Assembly: GCF_006345805.1 (NCBI RefSeq)
Contig: NC_042999.1
Location: 122,512,001 to 122,576,000 of the forward strand
Origin: Octopus sinensis
Taxonomy: Eukaryota
Reading direction: 5' to 3'
Length of the DNA stretch: 64,000 bases
Shown here: positions 1 through 12,565 of the stretch, piece after piece
Layout of the letters: each line of letters opens with the position of its first letter
Numbering within the stretch: position 1 is the first letter of the stretch
Translations under genes and position numbers: made by a program
Notes under the pieces: model-generated
The model's database searches: none
What the model was told of the DNA's origin: nothing
What the model saw: the letters and a program-made list of their open reading frames with translations, nothing else

Positions 1-79
1 TGTCCTTATGATTTTGGAAGAATTCCAATAGTTTATTCTCCTAAGGTTCAGTTTCTGATTAATTACTTGGTTACTGGGC

Positions 80-290
80 AGCTCAGAAATCTCTTTGGTC
101 GACTGTGGAAACTTACCATAGGATTGCTTGTTAGTCAATTTCTGCATCCATTTTATAAAGAAAGTCGTTCGAAGGATTTGAGTGCAGCCTCTTTTAATGG
201 CTAATGAAAGTCCAAGTTTCATACCCATAAAAGAGGTTTGTCTCAAATGTTGCTGTGAATACTCTCTTTTTGACCTTCATATAAATTAGT
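80..290 (-). mobile_element. Decayed RTE-type LINE fragment (post-RT region)
   Basis: Minus-strand translation KVKKRVFTATFETNLFYGYETWTF...LTNKQSYGKFPQ resembles the RTE motif 'LFRATVESVLLYGxETWTL...TNxxLYG'; stops are present. Confidence 0.55.
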
Positions 291-354
291 ATATTTTCTG
301 CAAAGCATCATAACACAGCGTACTGGCAAAATAGTTTTTGCTGGCAAAAAAAAA

Positions 355-445
355 GCATTGATTAGAATGCCTAGCAGAATTTGTTCTGGGTAACTGTATT
401 CTAAGTTCAAATTCTGCCAAGGTCAACTTTACCTTTCAGCATATC
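355..445 (+). mobile_element. tRNA-headed SINE remnant (family B)
   Basis: 'aagttcaaattctgccaaggtcaactttacctttca' matches the head and body of the family B copies at 14.8, 36.6 and 60.9 kb. Confidence 0.45.
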
Positions 446-644
446 AGTGTCAGGAAATATAATATCAGCCCAGTATTGGGTTAATCTTCTGTCTGTCTTT
501 CTTAATTGTGCTGGAACTCAAAGCCAGAGAATTTCATTAAGAGTAAATGTATCTGTGGAATACTCAGCTGCTTTATTTTACAATTCTAAGATAGTAACAT
601 TATCACTATTCTTGCAACAAACTAGAACACTGGTCCATTTTAAT

Positions 645-1594
645 TATAATACTCATTCTCAAATTTGGATTGCTGACCAAGACTGATAACTACCATGTTA
701 TCAGTGTGAATGGAAGCCCTTGGCTTCAAGCTGGGGTACAACTAGAATGATTTCCACAAGAAGCAGACAAAAGTTGTTCAAATCTTAGTTCTTAATTTCC
801 TATGTTGCAATTCAGTACATTCTGCAACTGAATGTGTATCACTGGAATCAATGGAAAATCCACATTAGCACCTTGATATCCCTCTCTAAGCCTGATGTTA
901 ATTATCCAGAGTACTTTAAGTCAGAAACTCAGTTTAGCAAGGTGCCTGTAGTGCATGTTTAGCAACATTGTAGACCATGTCTTAAATGTTCATAGCATTA
1001 GGTGCAACCTGACTTTGTTGTACTCAATTTCTCTTCTTGACAAGAGGTCCTATGTACCTGAGATTTCTTGCAATAGCAATACAATATTGTGGAAAGTCTG
1101 TATCAGTCAGTGTCATCAAAACTATTCTCCTACATTTTCTTGATGTAAAGATAAAGCCTTGTTCCTCTTGGACTCCAGCTACTTGTTGGAAAATATAGTT
1201 CTGAACTATGATCAAGATGAAGTGCACCAACATCTCCTGGCTCACTTTGGTTTTACTGTGCCCTGGGCTCAGTCATTTCATGGCATTGATATCATATGGC
1301 CTCAATGGCTCCAAAGATAGGAGTCAGCATTTTGTATGCCTTCAAGATCTTTGTTATTCTATTCCTGTTGAAATGGATCAAATGAATTATTGATACTGAT
1401 AAGCATCAAAACAATGGGGCTTTTTAACTGTACTATTATTCTGCAAAGAACTAAGACTTGCACAACTTTTGTCTGCTTCTTGTGGGAAATATTTTGGTTG
1501 TATCTCAGCTTGAAGCCAAAGGCTTCCCTTCACACTGATACCATGATAGGTGTCAGTCTGGGTCAGCAATGCAGATTTGGGAATGGGTATTATA
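645..1594. repeat. ~149-bp diverged inverted repeat (645-793 / 1446-1594) enclosing a possible RTE-like remnant
   Basis: The arms align by eye (e.g. gaagcc(c/t)ttggcttcaagctg...cacaagaagcagacaaaagttgt). Minus-strand interior gives 'TFKTWSTM..YRHLAKL', weakly RTE-like. Confidence 0.5.
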
Positions 1595-3313
1595 TTTGAA
1601 AAGGACAACTGTTCTGCTTTGTTGCTGTCCTCAGAGCTGTGTCAGTATAACTTTTAGCAAGAGTAGTTATAATGTTACTATCTTAAAATTATAAAATAAA
1701 TACTTCTGATACTACAAAATATGAAAACAGATATTTGGATAAATTCAAAATCTATAAAGTTACATTCAAAGATGTCTAGAATTTTTATGAAGGAAGTTTT
1801 TGTAAGTTTTTTTTTAATACTTTTGTAACATTTTGGTAAAAGAGTGGGTATTCAACAATTATGAAACTTTGGCCTAGTTTAATATATTATTTCCTGATAC
1901 AGTTTTGTGAATTTAAAATGCAAATGGAAAGAAGATAGTATCACTTCATAAAAATATAACTGAAAGGAAGTTTAGTTCAGTATAAATACTGAACATCAGT
2001 AATTGCAATACTGATTACGGCAATAATAATGATAACATAGGTATTCCAAGTTCAAGATTCCTATTCCATTCAGTAGAAATCTGTTATGCCATCTTGCAGT
2101 TCAGTCTATCTCTGTCTTTGCAAAAATGTGACTCCTCAGCTGCAAGTATAATATATCTATAGGGCTTTGTCTACCGATCTAAGCAAATCAGTTCTGTTAT
2201 GCTGACTATGTTAAAAGTTTATTGTCTCAAATTCAGGAAATCTGTTGAATTAGCAAAATAAATCAATAAATAAAAATAAAATGTTTTTCTTTATAAAGTT
2301 CAAGACTAGATTATACTCTTTTTAAAGGGAATTCTACTTACATGAAGGCTACAAATGATAAGTAGATTTAAAAGAAATTTTGGAGAATACACCAAAAACA
2401 GAAGGAATTATATCTTCTTTTAAGATAACACTATAATTGACTCCTTGGTCTAATCAACAATGAAGAGTATTCTGGGAAATGTGATTTCAACAGTAGTGAA
2501 TAATTTAATGACAGCTATTAGGATTAATTAACAAAGTAATTTCAAAAATGGTATGTTTTTAGCCACAAAGACAGAAAGTTTCACGAATAAATTCACTACA
2601 TGTGACAGAAATAAACTATTTTCTGGTCTTCATGAGTATATGATTAATTCATTTTTTAATGTTGTTAACAATAACTAAGAACTAGATAAAGGCAAATAAA
2701 TTAATATTAAATTACAATGTTCAAATTGTAATTTAGCTACCAATACACAAAGTGTAAAGTATGACTTTGGGTTTTTATCAGATCTTTTCATTAATTAACA
2801 GCATAATTACCATTTAATTAGTTTGCTTTTTGTAGAAGTGGTATTTGATCTTATGCTTTTATATATAATTTTATATTTAAAGCAATTCTAATCCTAAATT
2901 CCTCTTTAGTTATAAAATGCTTCAGACTTGGATAAATGAGAAAACAGCAGTTAATTTTTAATTGTTTATATTGTTTTCAAGTGAATTGTACACCTACACG
3001 TCTGTTCTTATCCAACAATTATCATATTGATCTAAAGGTGTACAATGCTTAAAAAGAAACTTCATTTTAGCCTGCTTTTATTTCCATAGTCTGCCAATAA
3101 ATATATCCTATGGACACATATTGCATAAAAAAACAAATATTTTAAGTTGGTTTTCACATACTTAATAAAGCAAACCAAGAGATTTTAACTAATTAAAATT
3201 ACAGTCATGGAGAGGAGAAATAATACAGTTCTATATTTAAGAGATGAGGAATTATGTACATTATTTATGTTATTTACATCTGACGGATATTTGTCCTCAT
3301 CTTGTTTGTTGTT

Positions 3314-3359
3314 AACACAGTGTTTCGGCTGATATACCCTCCAGCCTTCATCAGGTGTC
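3314..3359 (-). ncRNA. Minimal type I hammerhead-like motif (stem III decayed)
   Basis: GACAC-CTGATGA-A-GGCTG(10 nt)CAGCC-GAAA-CACT-GTGTT. Confidence 0.6.
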
Positions 3360-3472
3360 TTGGGGAAATTTCGAATCTGGGTTCTCATTCCTAAGGTATT
3401 TTTCGATGTTATAATACTAATAATATTGAAAAATACCTTAGGAATGAGAACCCAGGTTCGAAATTTCCCCAA

Positions 3473-3518
3473 GACGCCTGATGAAGGCTGGAGGGTATAT
3501 CAGCCGAAATGTTATGTT
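3473..3518 (+). ncRNA. Minimal type I hammerhead-like motif (CpG-decayed)
   Basis: GACGC-CTGATGA-A-GGCTG(10 nt)CAGCC-GAAA-TGTT-ATGTT. Confidence 0.6.
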
Positions 3519-6500
3519 AACAACAAACAAGTTGAGGACAAATATCTGTCAAATGTAAATAATGTAAATAAGGGAAAATAATGCTTAACTCAAAGATCAA
3601 TTTAGTAAACAGAGGCAGGAAAAACAACTGCGAATTTTTTATAATTCAGATATATTTATAATAGATTCTGGGTAATGAGTGGTGAATGACACTATGTTCT
3701 TACACCATATGCATTGAAAAGCTAAAGACAATGAAAATGCCTATACAGAAGCCTTCTTCAATCAAGTCTGTCTTATTTGTATAAATTTTTTAAAAAGATA
3801 TTTAAGCTGTAACAAAAATGTTATACACACACAATCATGCATATACAGACACATACATATATACATTGATCTCAAGTCATTATCAACTTGGCAATACTGG
3901 AAAATATTTTGCTGAGGAGGTTCAATAAATAAATAATTAACCATGAACCTTGCTATTCAGTATATTCTGTAACTGGCAGATATCACAATATATATGGTCA
4001 ATGCTTCAATCAATCTTTAATATATTTTATTTCAGAAATATTAAAAATTAAGAGCAGATCCAACTGCTCCATGTTCACAATAATATTTTGGAATTAAATA
4101 TCATTCCATAGTTTAAACCAAGCTCAGTTATCTATCTAAGAACTTTATACACTATCTGCAGAACAAGAAAATGTAATAATGTATGAACAGTGCATCAAAT
4201 TACTTTTCATCCAGCATTTACAGGAAAGCCTTTATAAGTTCTATGCATAATATAAATATAGATTAAATTTAATCTGTATATTCGAGTGTTATATAATTAT
4301 AATATTTATCATTGTATGGAGCAATGCTTATCAAGTGTGAGAATATGAAAATAGTTATGTTTGTCAATTTCACTTTATTATGAATACAATCATTTCTAGA
4401 ATAATGATTAAGTAGTTCCATTTCTATTCACTATTTAAAATATTTCATATAAGAACTTATAACAATATCTTCCCACTTTATAGCTTTATTTGCACATATT
4501 GATTCAATGTTTAGTGCTTCATCTTCCATGACTATTTCATAATCTTTGCTTTCTGTAATTGTTTGGAAGATAAAAGACTTGTAATTTCTTAGTCAAAATA
4601 TTTTTGATTTAGTTTTAATAGAATGAATCTCACTTTCCCTTTTAATGAAAAAGCATGATACATTTTTTTTTATCTTTGATAATTTCTTAACGTGACAAAG
4701 ATGTCTTATTTTTATATTTGCATATTGCATCATCAACATATCACATTTATATAAATTTAGATAAGTTTTATTTGTGGCAGTCCATTAGTTAAACATCTGA
4801 TCTTACTTAAGATCTTCAGTATTTCATTTTAGGATATGTCAACATCGATATATCAGTAACAAAAGTTCACTGACAATGTAGGTTATAGATCTATTTGTTT
4901 TCTTTTACTTGCCGTGTTATCAATTATTGATTTCTCTCATTACTGTCCAAATAAAACCCTAAGGACTATTCTATTTGGTCACTTGTTTCATTCCACATGA
5001 TTACTATACTTAAGTGAAAATAAAAAGATGACTTATTATATCTGATTCCTTATCCCGATTAAATACGAATTAATTTAATTTTGTTAGCTATAATTTTCTC
5101 TGATAGCTAACTTAATTAACATGTTAATTAGTGATTCACTCTATACAAATCGTTTTTGCTGTAGAGCATTTCTTGGATGATTAACTCACTGATGTTTATA
5201 TCTTCTGCCTTAACTACATCTTCCTACAATAAAATATTTTTATTTCTTTTATGTTAATGAATTAATATCCATGTACTGAGCATCCAGTGAGATAATGTAT
5301 ATTCTTTATTTCTCATACATTGCTTCTGGACTTAAATTACTTTTCATCCAAACTTTTGAGCTTTCTGAATCATCATTATAAATATTTTAGTATCTTATGT
5401 TTCACTTAAATATTAAAGAAATGCTGACTTCATTAGAAAATATAAAATTTGTTTAGGCATGAAGACTTTATTACATCATTCACAAGGTTTTGAATCCTAC
5501 TATCAATATTTCAAAAATCTATTCTAGACTGAGTTATGTGATATTTCTTTATTGAAAATGTGCTTTTCTACACTTCAGTGTTCTATTTTACTCCTTATAA
5601 TAGTTTATCATAGTCTGTTGTGGGAGATAATTTCTGTTTCATATATTTAAGATACATAATTTTTATTCACATATACAGTGATTATGTTTAAAATGTAATC
5701 ATGTTTCAAAATTAAACTTCCTATGACTTGATGAATCAATCATTGGCTGTAACATAAAAATAACAACTTTAAATTACGTTTCGTATTTAAAACAAAACTT
5801 TATACAATATAACAAATAAATTATTAAGGATTTCTTTCAAAATATAGTTAAAAACTACTCCTTAGGTTATCATGATTAACAGAAAAGCTTTAGCAATTTT
5901 TTTTTAATATTTCTACTATTACTACATATATATTTTAATAGCAGTTTCTCAAGAAATTATTTACTTTCAGATGTCAGGTTTTTCAATTTTCCTTTTTATT
6001 TAATGGTGCATTATTTTAACAATGTCTAAAGGACTCATTTTTAATTTACCCAAAGTCTATGTCTGGTGAATTAAAATTGTTTTCTCAGCATCACTTGCTT
6101 TTATTCTACAAATATTTGTTCCAAATATAATTTTCTATAATTTCAATAACAATTATATTTATCTTAATAACGTAAGCCAAATAATTGTGAAGAAATTAAT
6201 AGAAATAACGATAATAATAATCATCCTTTTTTTGTTTGCTTTCCATACTAATATGGGTTAAAGAGGTCACACACAGGTTATCACATTCCAAGTAAATTCT
6301 TATTCTGAAATTTTCACCTCCAAATGTGTTGGAGAAGAACATCTTGCTGGTATGTTCTTTTTTTACATAATTACCTTGGTCAGATGCTCTCCCCGAAACA
6401 ACCACTTTATGAAGTGTAATGGATACATTTTACCATGACACCAACATTCCTTGAGACTGAAGTGTCTTCTCTACTTGATTTTTATCTCTGATCACCAATC

Positions 6501-7610
6501 ATTTTATAGAATACGCATTTTATCCTGTACTAGAATAGTTTAGGTTGCCTTGAACCTCATAAGTTTCTCACTATTCTCCCCTGTCTTCATTCATTTGTGG
6601 TAACATACTCAAGATGGTGAATAGGAGAGAAAGCAGATGTAACCTAAGTTACATGGATGGCACTTAATCATCCCTATCATGTTACTTTTTTTCCCCATCA
6701 AGTCACCTATGTGTAAAGGATTGCATTAGCACTGTTATGTAACAAAATATACCTTACCATCACCACTTTGGTGCCACCAGTAAACATCACTCAGTCTTAC
6801 TGTTGCTTATGTGTGTGAGAGCACTGGTGTATATTTGTGAGCACGTGTATGTGTGTGTATGTGATTTCAACTTTTGCACTAGCTGTATATTCATATATAA
6901 GATAGAATATGTGCATTGTTGAAGATGAAATCTTCAAGGCAGGTTAGAACGGAGGTCATAAAACTTTGGTTTATTACTGAAAGCAGAAAGAGAAGTCATA
7001 AATGATTTCTCTGAGCTTAGATATTTCAACGCAGCTGAATACTGAACATTATTATGATTATTTCTGTGAGATAAAATTTTACATACTGTGGGAATTCTGG
7101 AATGAACATAAACATATTTTCATATGAAGACATTACAATATTCAAATTTTCAATGGAAGACTTTCATTTTATAGTACAAGACATGCCAATAATAGTTATA
7201 ATATGAATTATAAAATAATCAGCTTCAATCTTATATTTTTATCATTTTTATTAGTTATGTGATTCTAATATTAATCTGATATTTTGGTCAAATGGTTCAC
7301 TAAGTACTTTATTATTATTATGTCCCACTTACAAGTCTTCTGACTGAAATGAACACTTGAAGATAATTGTGAGTGTGTGTGTACAAACACACACATACAT
7401 ACACAAATATATATACATATATACACATATATACATATATACATACATATATATATATTCCAGAATAAGCACATAAATGTGAAACAAGGTGGGAAAAAAT
7501 AGTACTCGAATACTGGAGATAGAGTAATATGCTTTATTATTAAAGCTGCAAAAACATCACCAAAAAAATCACAAGAAACTGCTACTCAGAGTTTCATGTT
7601 CTTGTTGGAA

Positions 7611-7806
7611 GTATGGTAAAAAGTTTGCTATCTAACCACATCGTTCTGAGTTCAGTTTCAATGAGTGGCACCTTGGGCGAGTGTCTTCAGCTATAGTCTT
7701 GTGAGGGGATTAGAAACACAGAAACTGAAACATAAATGTATATATCAATGAGTGTATGTATGCCTTTGTGTGTGTATTTGTTCTCCATCACTGCTTGACT
7801 ACCAGT
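7611..7806 (+). mobile_element. tRNA-headed SINE (family A), decayed and truncated
   Basis: 'ggcaccttgggcgagtgtcttc..ctatag' and 'cactgcttgac' match the better-preserved copies at 24.8 and 51.3 kb. Confidence 0.6.
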
Positions 7807-8172
7807 TTCTAGGTTATTGCCCCTTATCAGCACAGAGTAGCTGCTTGGCTAGGTGACGTTGCTGAATTCCCATTTGAAAATACATAATTTTCAAAGGGAC
7901 ACACAGTCACTAATCTAATAAATAGAAACATTATTATTTCTAAATCTCTCAAGGAGAGATATGTAGTACAGATCTTTAAAGTAAAGACCATTTGCCAACA
8001 TAATGTGGCTGTCCAGGATGGGACGATTGTTACTGTTGTTTAGCCCCAGGAGACATTGCTTCCAGCTGGCTATACGACACAATATCTGTGTCCTTATATT
8101 TTTGAACAGCTGGAAATGATGTTTGCTAGGGTTGAACAACAGTAACAATCATCCCATGCAGGACAGCTACAT
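7800..8172 (-). mobile_element. PLE-type terminal repeat (same family as 59.9-60.5 kb) with decayed HHR at 7800-7836
   Basis: Reverse complement aligns with 60035-60250 and 60290-60410. Motif CTGTG-CTGATAA-GGGGCAATAACCTA-GAAA-CTGGTA. Short inverted duplication at ~8125-8172. Confidence 0.65.
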
Positions 8173-8339
8173 ATATACATGCACACACACACACATACTG
8201 GGTTTCTTTCAGTTTCCATTTCCCAAATTCAGTCACATAGGTTTAGTTCACTTGGTGTTATAGCAGAAGACACTTCACGTGTTTCCTCATAAGTCTATTT
8301 CCTTATTAGTCCAAGTCTTTTCTTAATACATTTGTACTC

Positions 8340-8700
8340 CATCATTAATTTACACTGGCATTACACATCTAAAAGTGTGTTCTTACTTCTTTTTCTTTTT
8401 TCTAATTTTTACAAGTCATTTGCATTCAAGACCCACATCTCAGCACAATGTTGTATTGAGTTTCATACATAAGCATCATGTAGTCTGCCTTTCACTCTGT
8501 AAGTGATAAACCTTTGTTAACAACAGAGATAATTCTTCTCCGAACTATTTCCAACCAGTTCTTACTCTAGCTACTATATTTTGAGAACACCTTCCTCTTC
8601 TAATTAGGTCACTTAGACAAGAAATGTCATTCAATACTTCTATGGATCCTCCTGGGCAATCAAGAAAATCTATTTTCCATATGCTTTATATACATTTGAT
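8340..8700 (-). mobile_element. Decayed RTE LINE fragment
   Basis: Frameshifted minus-strand reading resembles 'GGCSESIxARVRxGWxKFRELLPLLxTKGLSLRVKGRLYDACV..ETW'. Confidence 0.6.
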
Positions 8701-10239
8701 TTTTAGAATCAGTAAAAAGTAAAAAAAGGGATTTCATTATTTTAAATAGATCCTTCACTTTTTCTGCTAAAAATTTTGCAGATGTTACTCAGGGCACTTG
8801 CATTCTCTGCCATCATACTTTCAAAATTGAATGCAAAATAAGCAAGATTTATAGCGTTGCTAATGGAATTCAATAAAATTTTCTAAAACTTAGCATTCCT
8901 GATACATGATTTCAGTATATAAATCTGAAAACCATTGATACAATTCAATATATGTGAATATGAATGTGTAATGGACTATGCGTATAGAAAGTTTATTTAC
9001 ATATATATGTAAATATAATATTTGTACACACACTCACATGTGCAGCCACACCTACTGACACATTTTAGTGCACATGCATACACCCTGAAATGCATAAATG
9101 AATATATTATAAATTCATATAATATATGCAGATTCTCATATATGTGCATATACAAATGTCTACCTGTTGTGTATAAGCACACATACATTCATGTCCCCAT
9201 ATATGCACACAGCAAATTAACATATACTTACATGTTCAGACATACACTCACAGAGGCTTACTTCAACAGCTGTACATAATATGCACATGGGATAATTTCA
9301 TATTTATGAGTATTATACATAGAAACATAAAAGAGCGTAAAGTAGTTGAAATGGGGGAATAAGTCAAGTTATACATGAATTAAAAATAAATATACATATT
9401 CTACATATATCTAGTTACACTGGCCAAAGTACTTTCTTTCTGGTAAAAAGGTGATGCACCATATGTATGGCTTCATATATTAGTCAGTAAACTAAGATAA
9501 TGTTTTCATTGCAACAACAATATAATTATCAATATTACTCATATTTGATGCACCTTTTGGTATTTAGTTACTAATTCTGAAAATTTTGTTCATGCTGCAA
9601 AAATTTTACAATGTGTGTGTATGTGTGTGAGTGTATGTGTATGCATGTATATGCCTATCTCTATCCTACTATCTTCTCTCTCTTTCTCTCTCTCTATATA
9701 TACATATATATGCATGTATGTACATGTTTGTGTGTATATATATAATATATACACTAAAAGCTTCTTTCAGTTTCCATTTATCAAATTTTGTTTGGTCTTG
9801 AGCTATAATAGATGGGACATGTTGCCCAAGTTTCTGGGTATTGAGGCTAAACCTGAGTCACACCACGTAGTTGTCAAGCAAAAGTGTATATGCGTGAGAG
9901 AGTGAGGGAAAAAGTGGAAGAGAGAGAGAGACGGGGAGAAAGAATATGTGTGTGTGTGGTGTATGCACAGGATGTTTGTGTGTCCTTGTGTCAGAACATT
10001 TTGTGCTAATTGCAAACACATGTCATTGCCTTACAGGTAGTGTCATTCATTTGCAATTTTCATTGAAAACATGTTCAGCACCCAATGTGGTGCTCCTCTA
10101 AAGAACTTGGGGAAAATATTACTTCACTTAAAAGTGAGAACAGCACTGAGCTTGAGAAAATGTACTTCAACAAGTTTCATTTGACCCATGCATGTTAGGA
10201 AATATGGTAGACATTTAAATGAGGATGATTGATGTGTGT

Positions 10240-10291
10240 GCAAACATATACATTTTACATATATATGTGCATGTGTGTGCAAATTAATATA

Positions 10292-10355
<64 letters not shown>

Positions 10356-10520
10356 CTTACAAATTCATGTAATCAATACTAGCATAGAAAAACAGATATG
10401 TGTCTGTGTATGCATGCATGTTTGCACATATATGTATGTGTGTGTATATATATGTATATATTGTATGGGCATTCACTTATACATAACATATATGTAAGTA
10501 TGAATGTATGTATAAGTTTG
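10240..10520. repeat. (TA)n/(TG)n compound microsatellite
   Basis: Seen directly; it explains the YIYI/CVCV ORFs. Confidence 0.9.
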
Positions 10521-12161
10521 CATTTATGTATATAGGTAAATTCAAATGATTTCAGAAGAATATACAAAATTCATAATTTGAAACCGTATCATTTCTAATA
10601 AAACAATATTTTTTCCTATTCAATTGAATAAAAATGAAAACTGTTGTAGGAGGCATGTGGGAAAGGACAGCTGCAGTTTATAGGATATATAAATGAGTCT
10701 TTTGAAATATGATGCATTGAATATCAAATATTCAATGCACCTTAAGCATTAATGATTTCTATCTAATAATGAAATTTGAAGGAATTACCAACTCTTCTTT
10801 TCTTCAAAAAGGAATTCTTAATGAGCCAGTTGGAAATATATTGAAACCTGCAGTTTATACCTAAAGATAGAACTATAGAGATTAGCTTAACTTGGTAAAT
10901 TATCAATAAATATTACCAGTAAAAACATTAATAGGTTTCATCATTAACCACAGCCTTTTCTATTATTTTTGTTATCTTCTAACTCTAATGTCAAAACTAC
11001 TTTTTCTTTCACTATTTACAACATCCATTAAAGTGCTATGAATAGCTCTATCAAGATCACATCCATAAATATACCACAATACGTTTCATCGAATGTATTT
11101 TCTCTATTGTATAAAATACCATACAAATTATATTATTTCTTCTATAAAAAAAATACCAATTCTCTACCACAAGATATTTCTTTTATTGTATTCTATTATG
11201 TAGCAGTTTATATTTCCTCCCAAAACAACTGAATATTGTGCTGCATCAAGGAGATAATATCTTTCGATCAATTGCATTTATATATTAATGACTAGAATTA
11301 GACATACTAAAATTCTTATTTATATGTTTCTATACATATCTCTATATATAGTGCAATGAAAGTTTTTAATCACCATCATTCTGCCAGGTATCTCTACTGA
11401 AATTCCTGCATTACTTGCAATAAGTAAATAGTAATTGCCTTTTTCTTTTTATCACCCATTGTTACTTATTGGTACTTTATCTGTTATGATACTGAACTTT
11501 TAGTAATTGTTTTAAATTCCGATCTCTCTCTTACAGGCTTAGAATATCTTTGTTTACCATTCAAAATATTCCTTAATGAGAATCGGTATCATCTGCATAA
11601 TCTTTAATTTTCACTTGAATTATTATAATAAAGACAGTTAGTTGGCATAAATACCTATCTGTAAAATTTGATTTTTCTGCTCCAGTAAATACCAATGAGT
11701 AACATAAATTTTTCAATGAGTCTGCAATCAATTTGGATCTTGCTTAGCCTGAATCACTATCACAAATAACTCAACCACATTTAATATTCATTCTCTGCCA
11801 GACTACAAAGTATGTGATTATAAAAAGCAGTTTCTTAATTAATGAATGCAAAATCAAGGTAATTGATTTGACGAATATTTGTTTCTGTTAAAATGGCATA
11901 TATGATTTCATATCATAATACAAATTCATGCTAGGTTTTTTTATTTTAACATTTTTTGATCTAATCTATTGTTTTGAGTGTTCTGTAATATTCTTTCCGT
12001 CACATTTGTACTATTCGATAACAGATTGGCTATACCAGCCTCTGACTATAACCTCTTTGCATGAAAAACAGGATTGACAAAACAAGTAGCTAGTATAATA
12101 ACATAAAAAATGTGCCCTTTTAAAGCCCAGCCAAGCTCATGGGCCCAGTTTCCCAGTTTCT

Positions 12162-12382
12162 ATGGCATATATTTCATTTGACCCGTGCCGGTGGCACGTA
12201 AAAAGCAGCCACTACACTCTCGGAATGGTTGGTGTTAGGAAGGGCATCCGGCTGTATAAACTCTGCCAAATCAAGATTGGAGCCTGGTGCAACCATCTGG
12301 CTCACCAGCCCTCAGTCAAAATCGTCCAACCCAAGCTAGCATGGAAAGCGGACGTTAAACGATGATGATGATGATGATGATG
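12162..12382 (+). mobile_element. RTE-type 3' end (or RTE-tailed SINE) with (GAT)n tail
   Basis: 'gtgccggtggcacgtaaaaagc...aggaagggcatcc..ctgta...catggaaagcggacgttaaacgatgatg' is the same sequence that follows the RTE ORF remnant at 21.4-22.1 kb. Confidence 0.8.
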
Positions 12383-12565
12383 TGTTCCTCAGCTGGACGG
12401 GACATCAGTCCGTCAGCGTTACTCATTTTTACCAGCTGAATGGACTGGAGCAACGTGAAATGAAGTGTTTTGCTCAAAAACACAACGCATCACCCAGTCC
12501 AGGAATCAAAACCACAATCTTACGATCATGATGCTGACACCCTAACCACTAAGCTACACACCTCC
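12383..12565 (-). mobile_element. tRNA-headed SINE (family C, CORE-like body)
   Basis: 'cagctgaatggactggagcaacgtgaaatgaagtgttttgctcaa' is shared with the copies at 33.4 and 34.1-34.5 kb. Confidence 0.7.

Larger units (their letters stand above)
3231..3571. mobile_element. PLE-type terminal-repeat stub: palindrome with arms ~3261-3407 and ~3425-3571
   Basis: Long inverted repeat seen directly; each arm carries an HHR motif. Confidence 0.75.

Noticed and set aside
3185-3581. Mirror-image ORFs MGKFR..WVLIPKVFF on both strands
   Set aside because: By-product of the palindrome; no protein motif
8997-10567. ORFs rich in YIYI/CVCV/HTHT (also at 7.3, 18, 48, 50.4, 57.3, 61.3 and 63.7 kb)
   Set aside because: They are translations of (TA)n/(CA)n microsatellites, which lack stop codons
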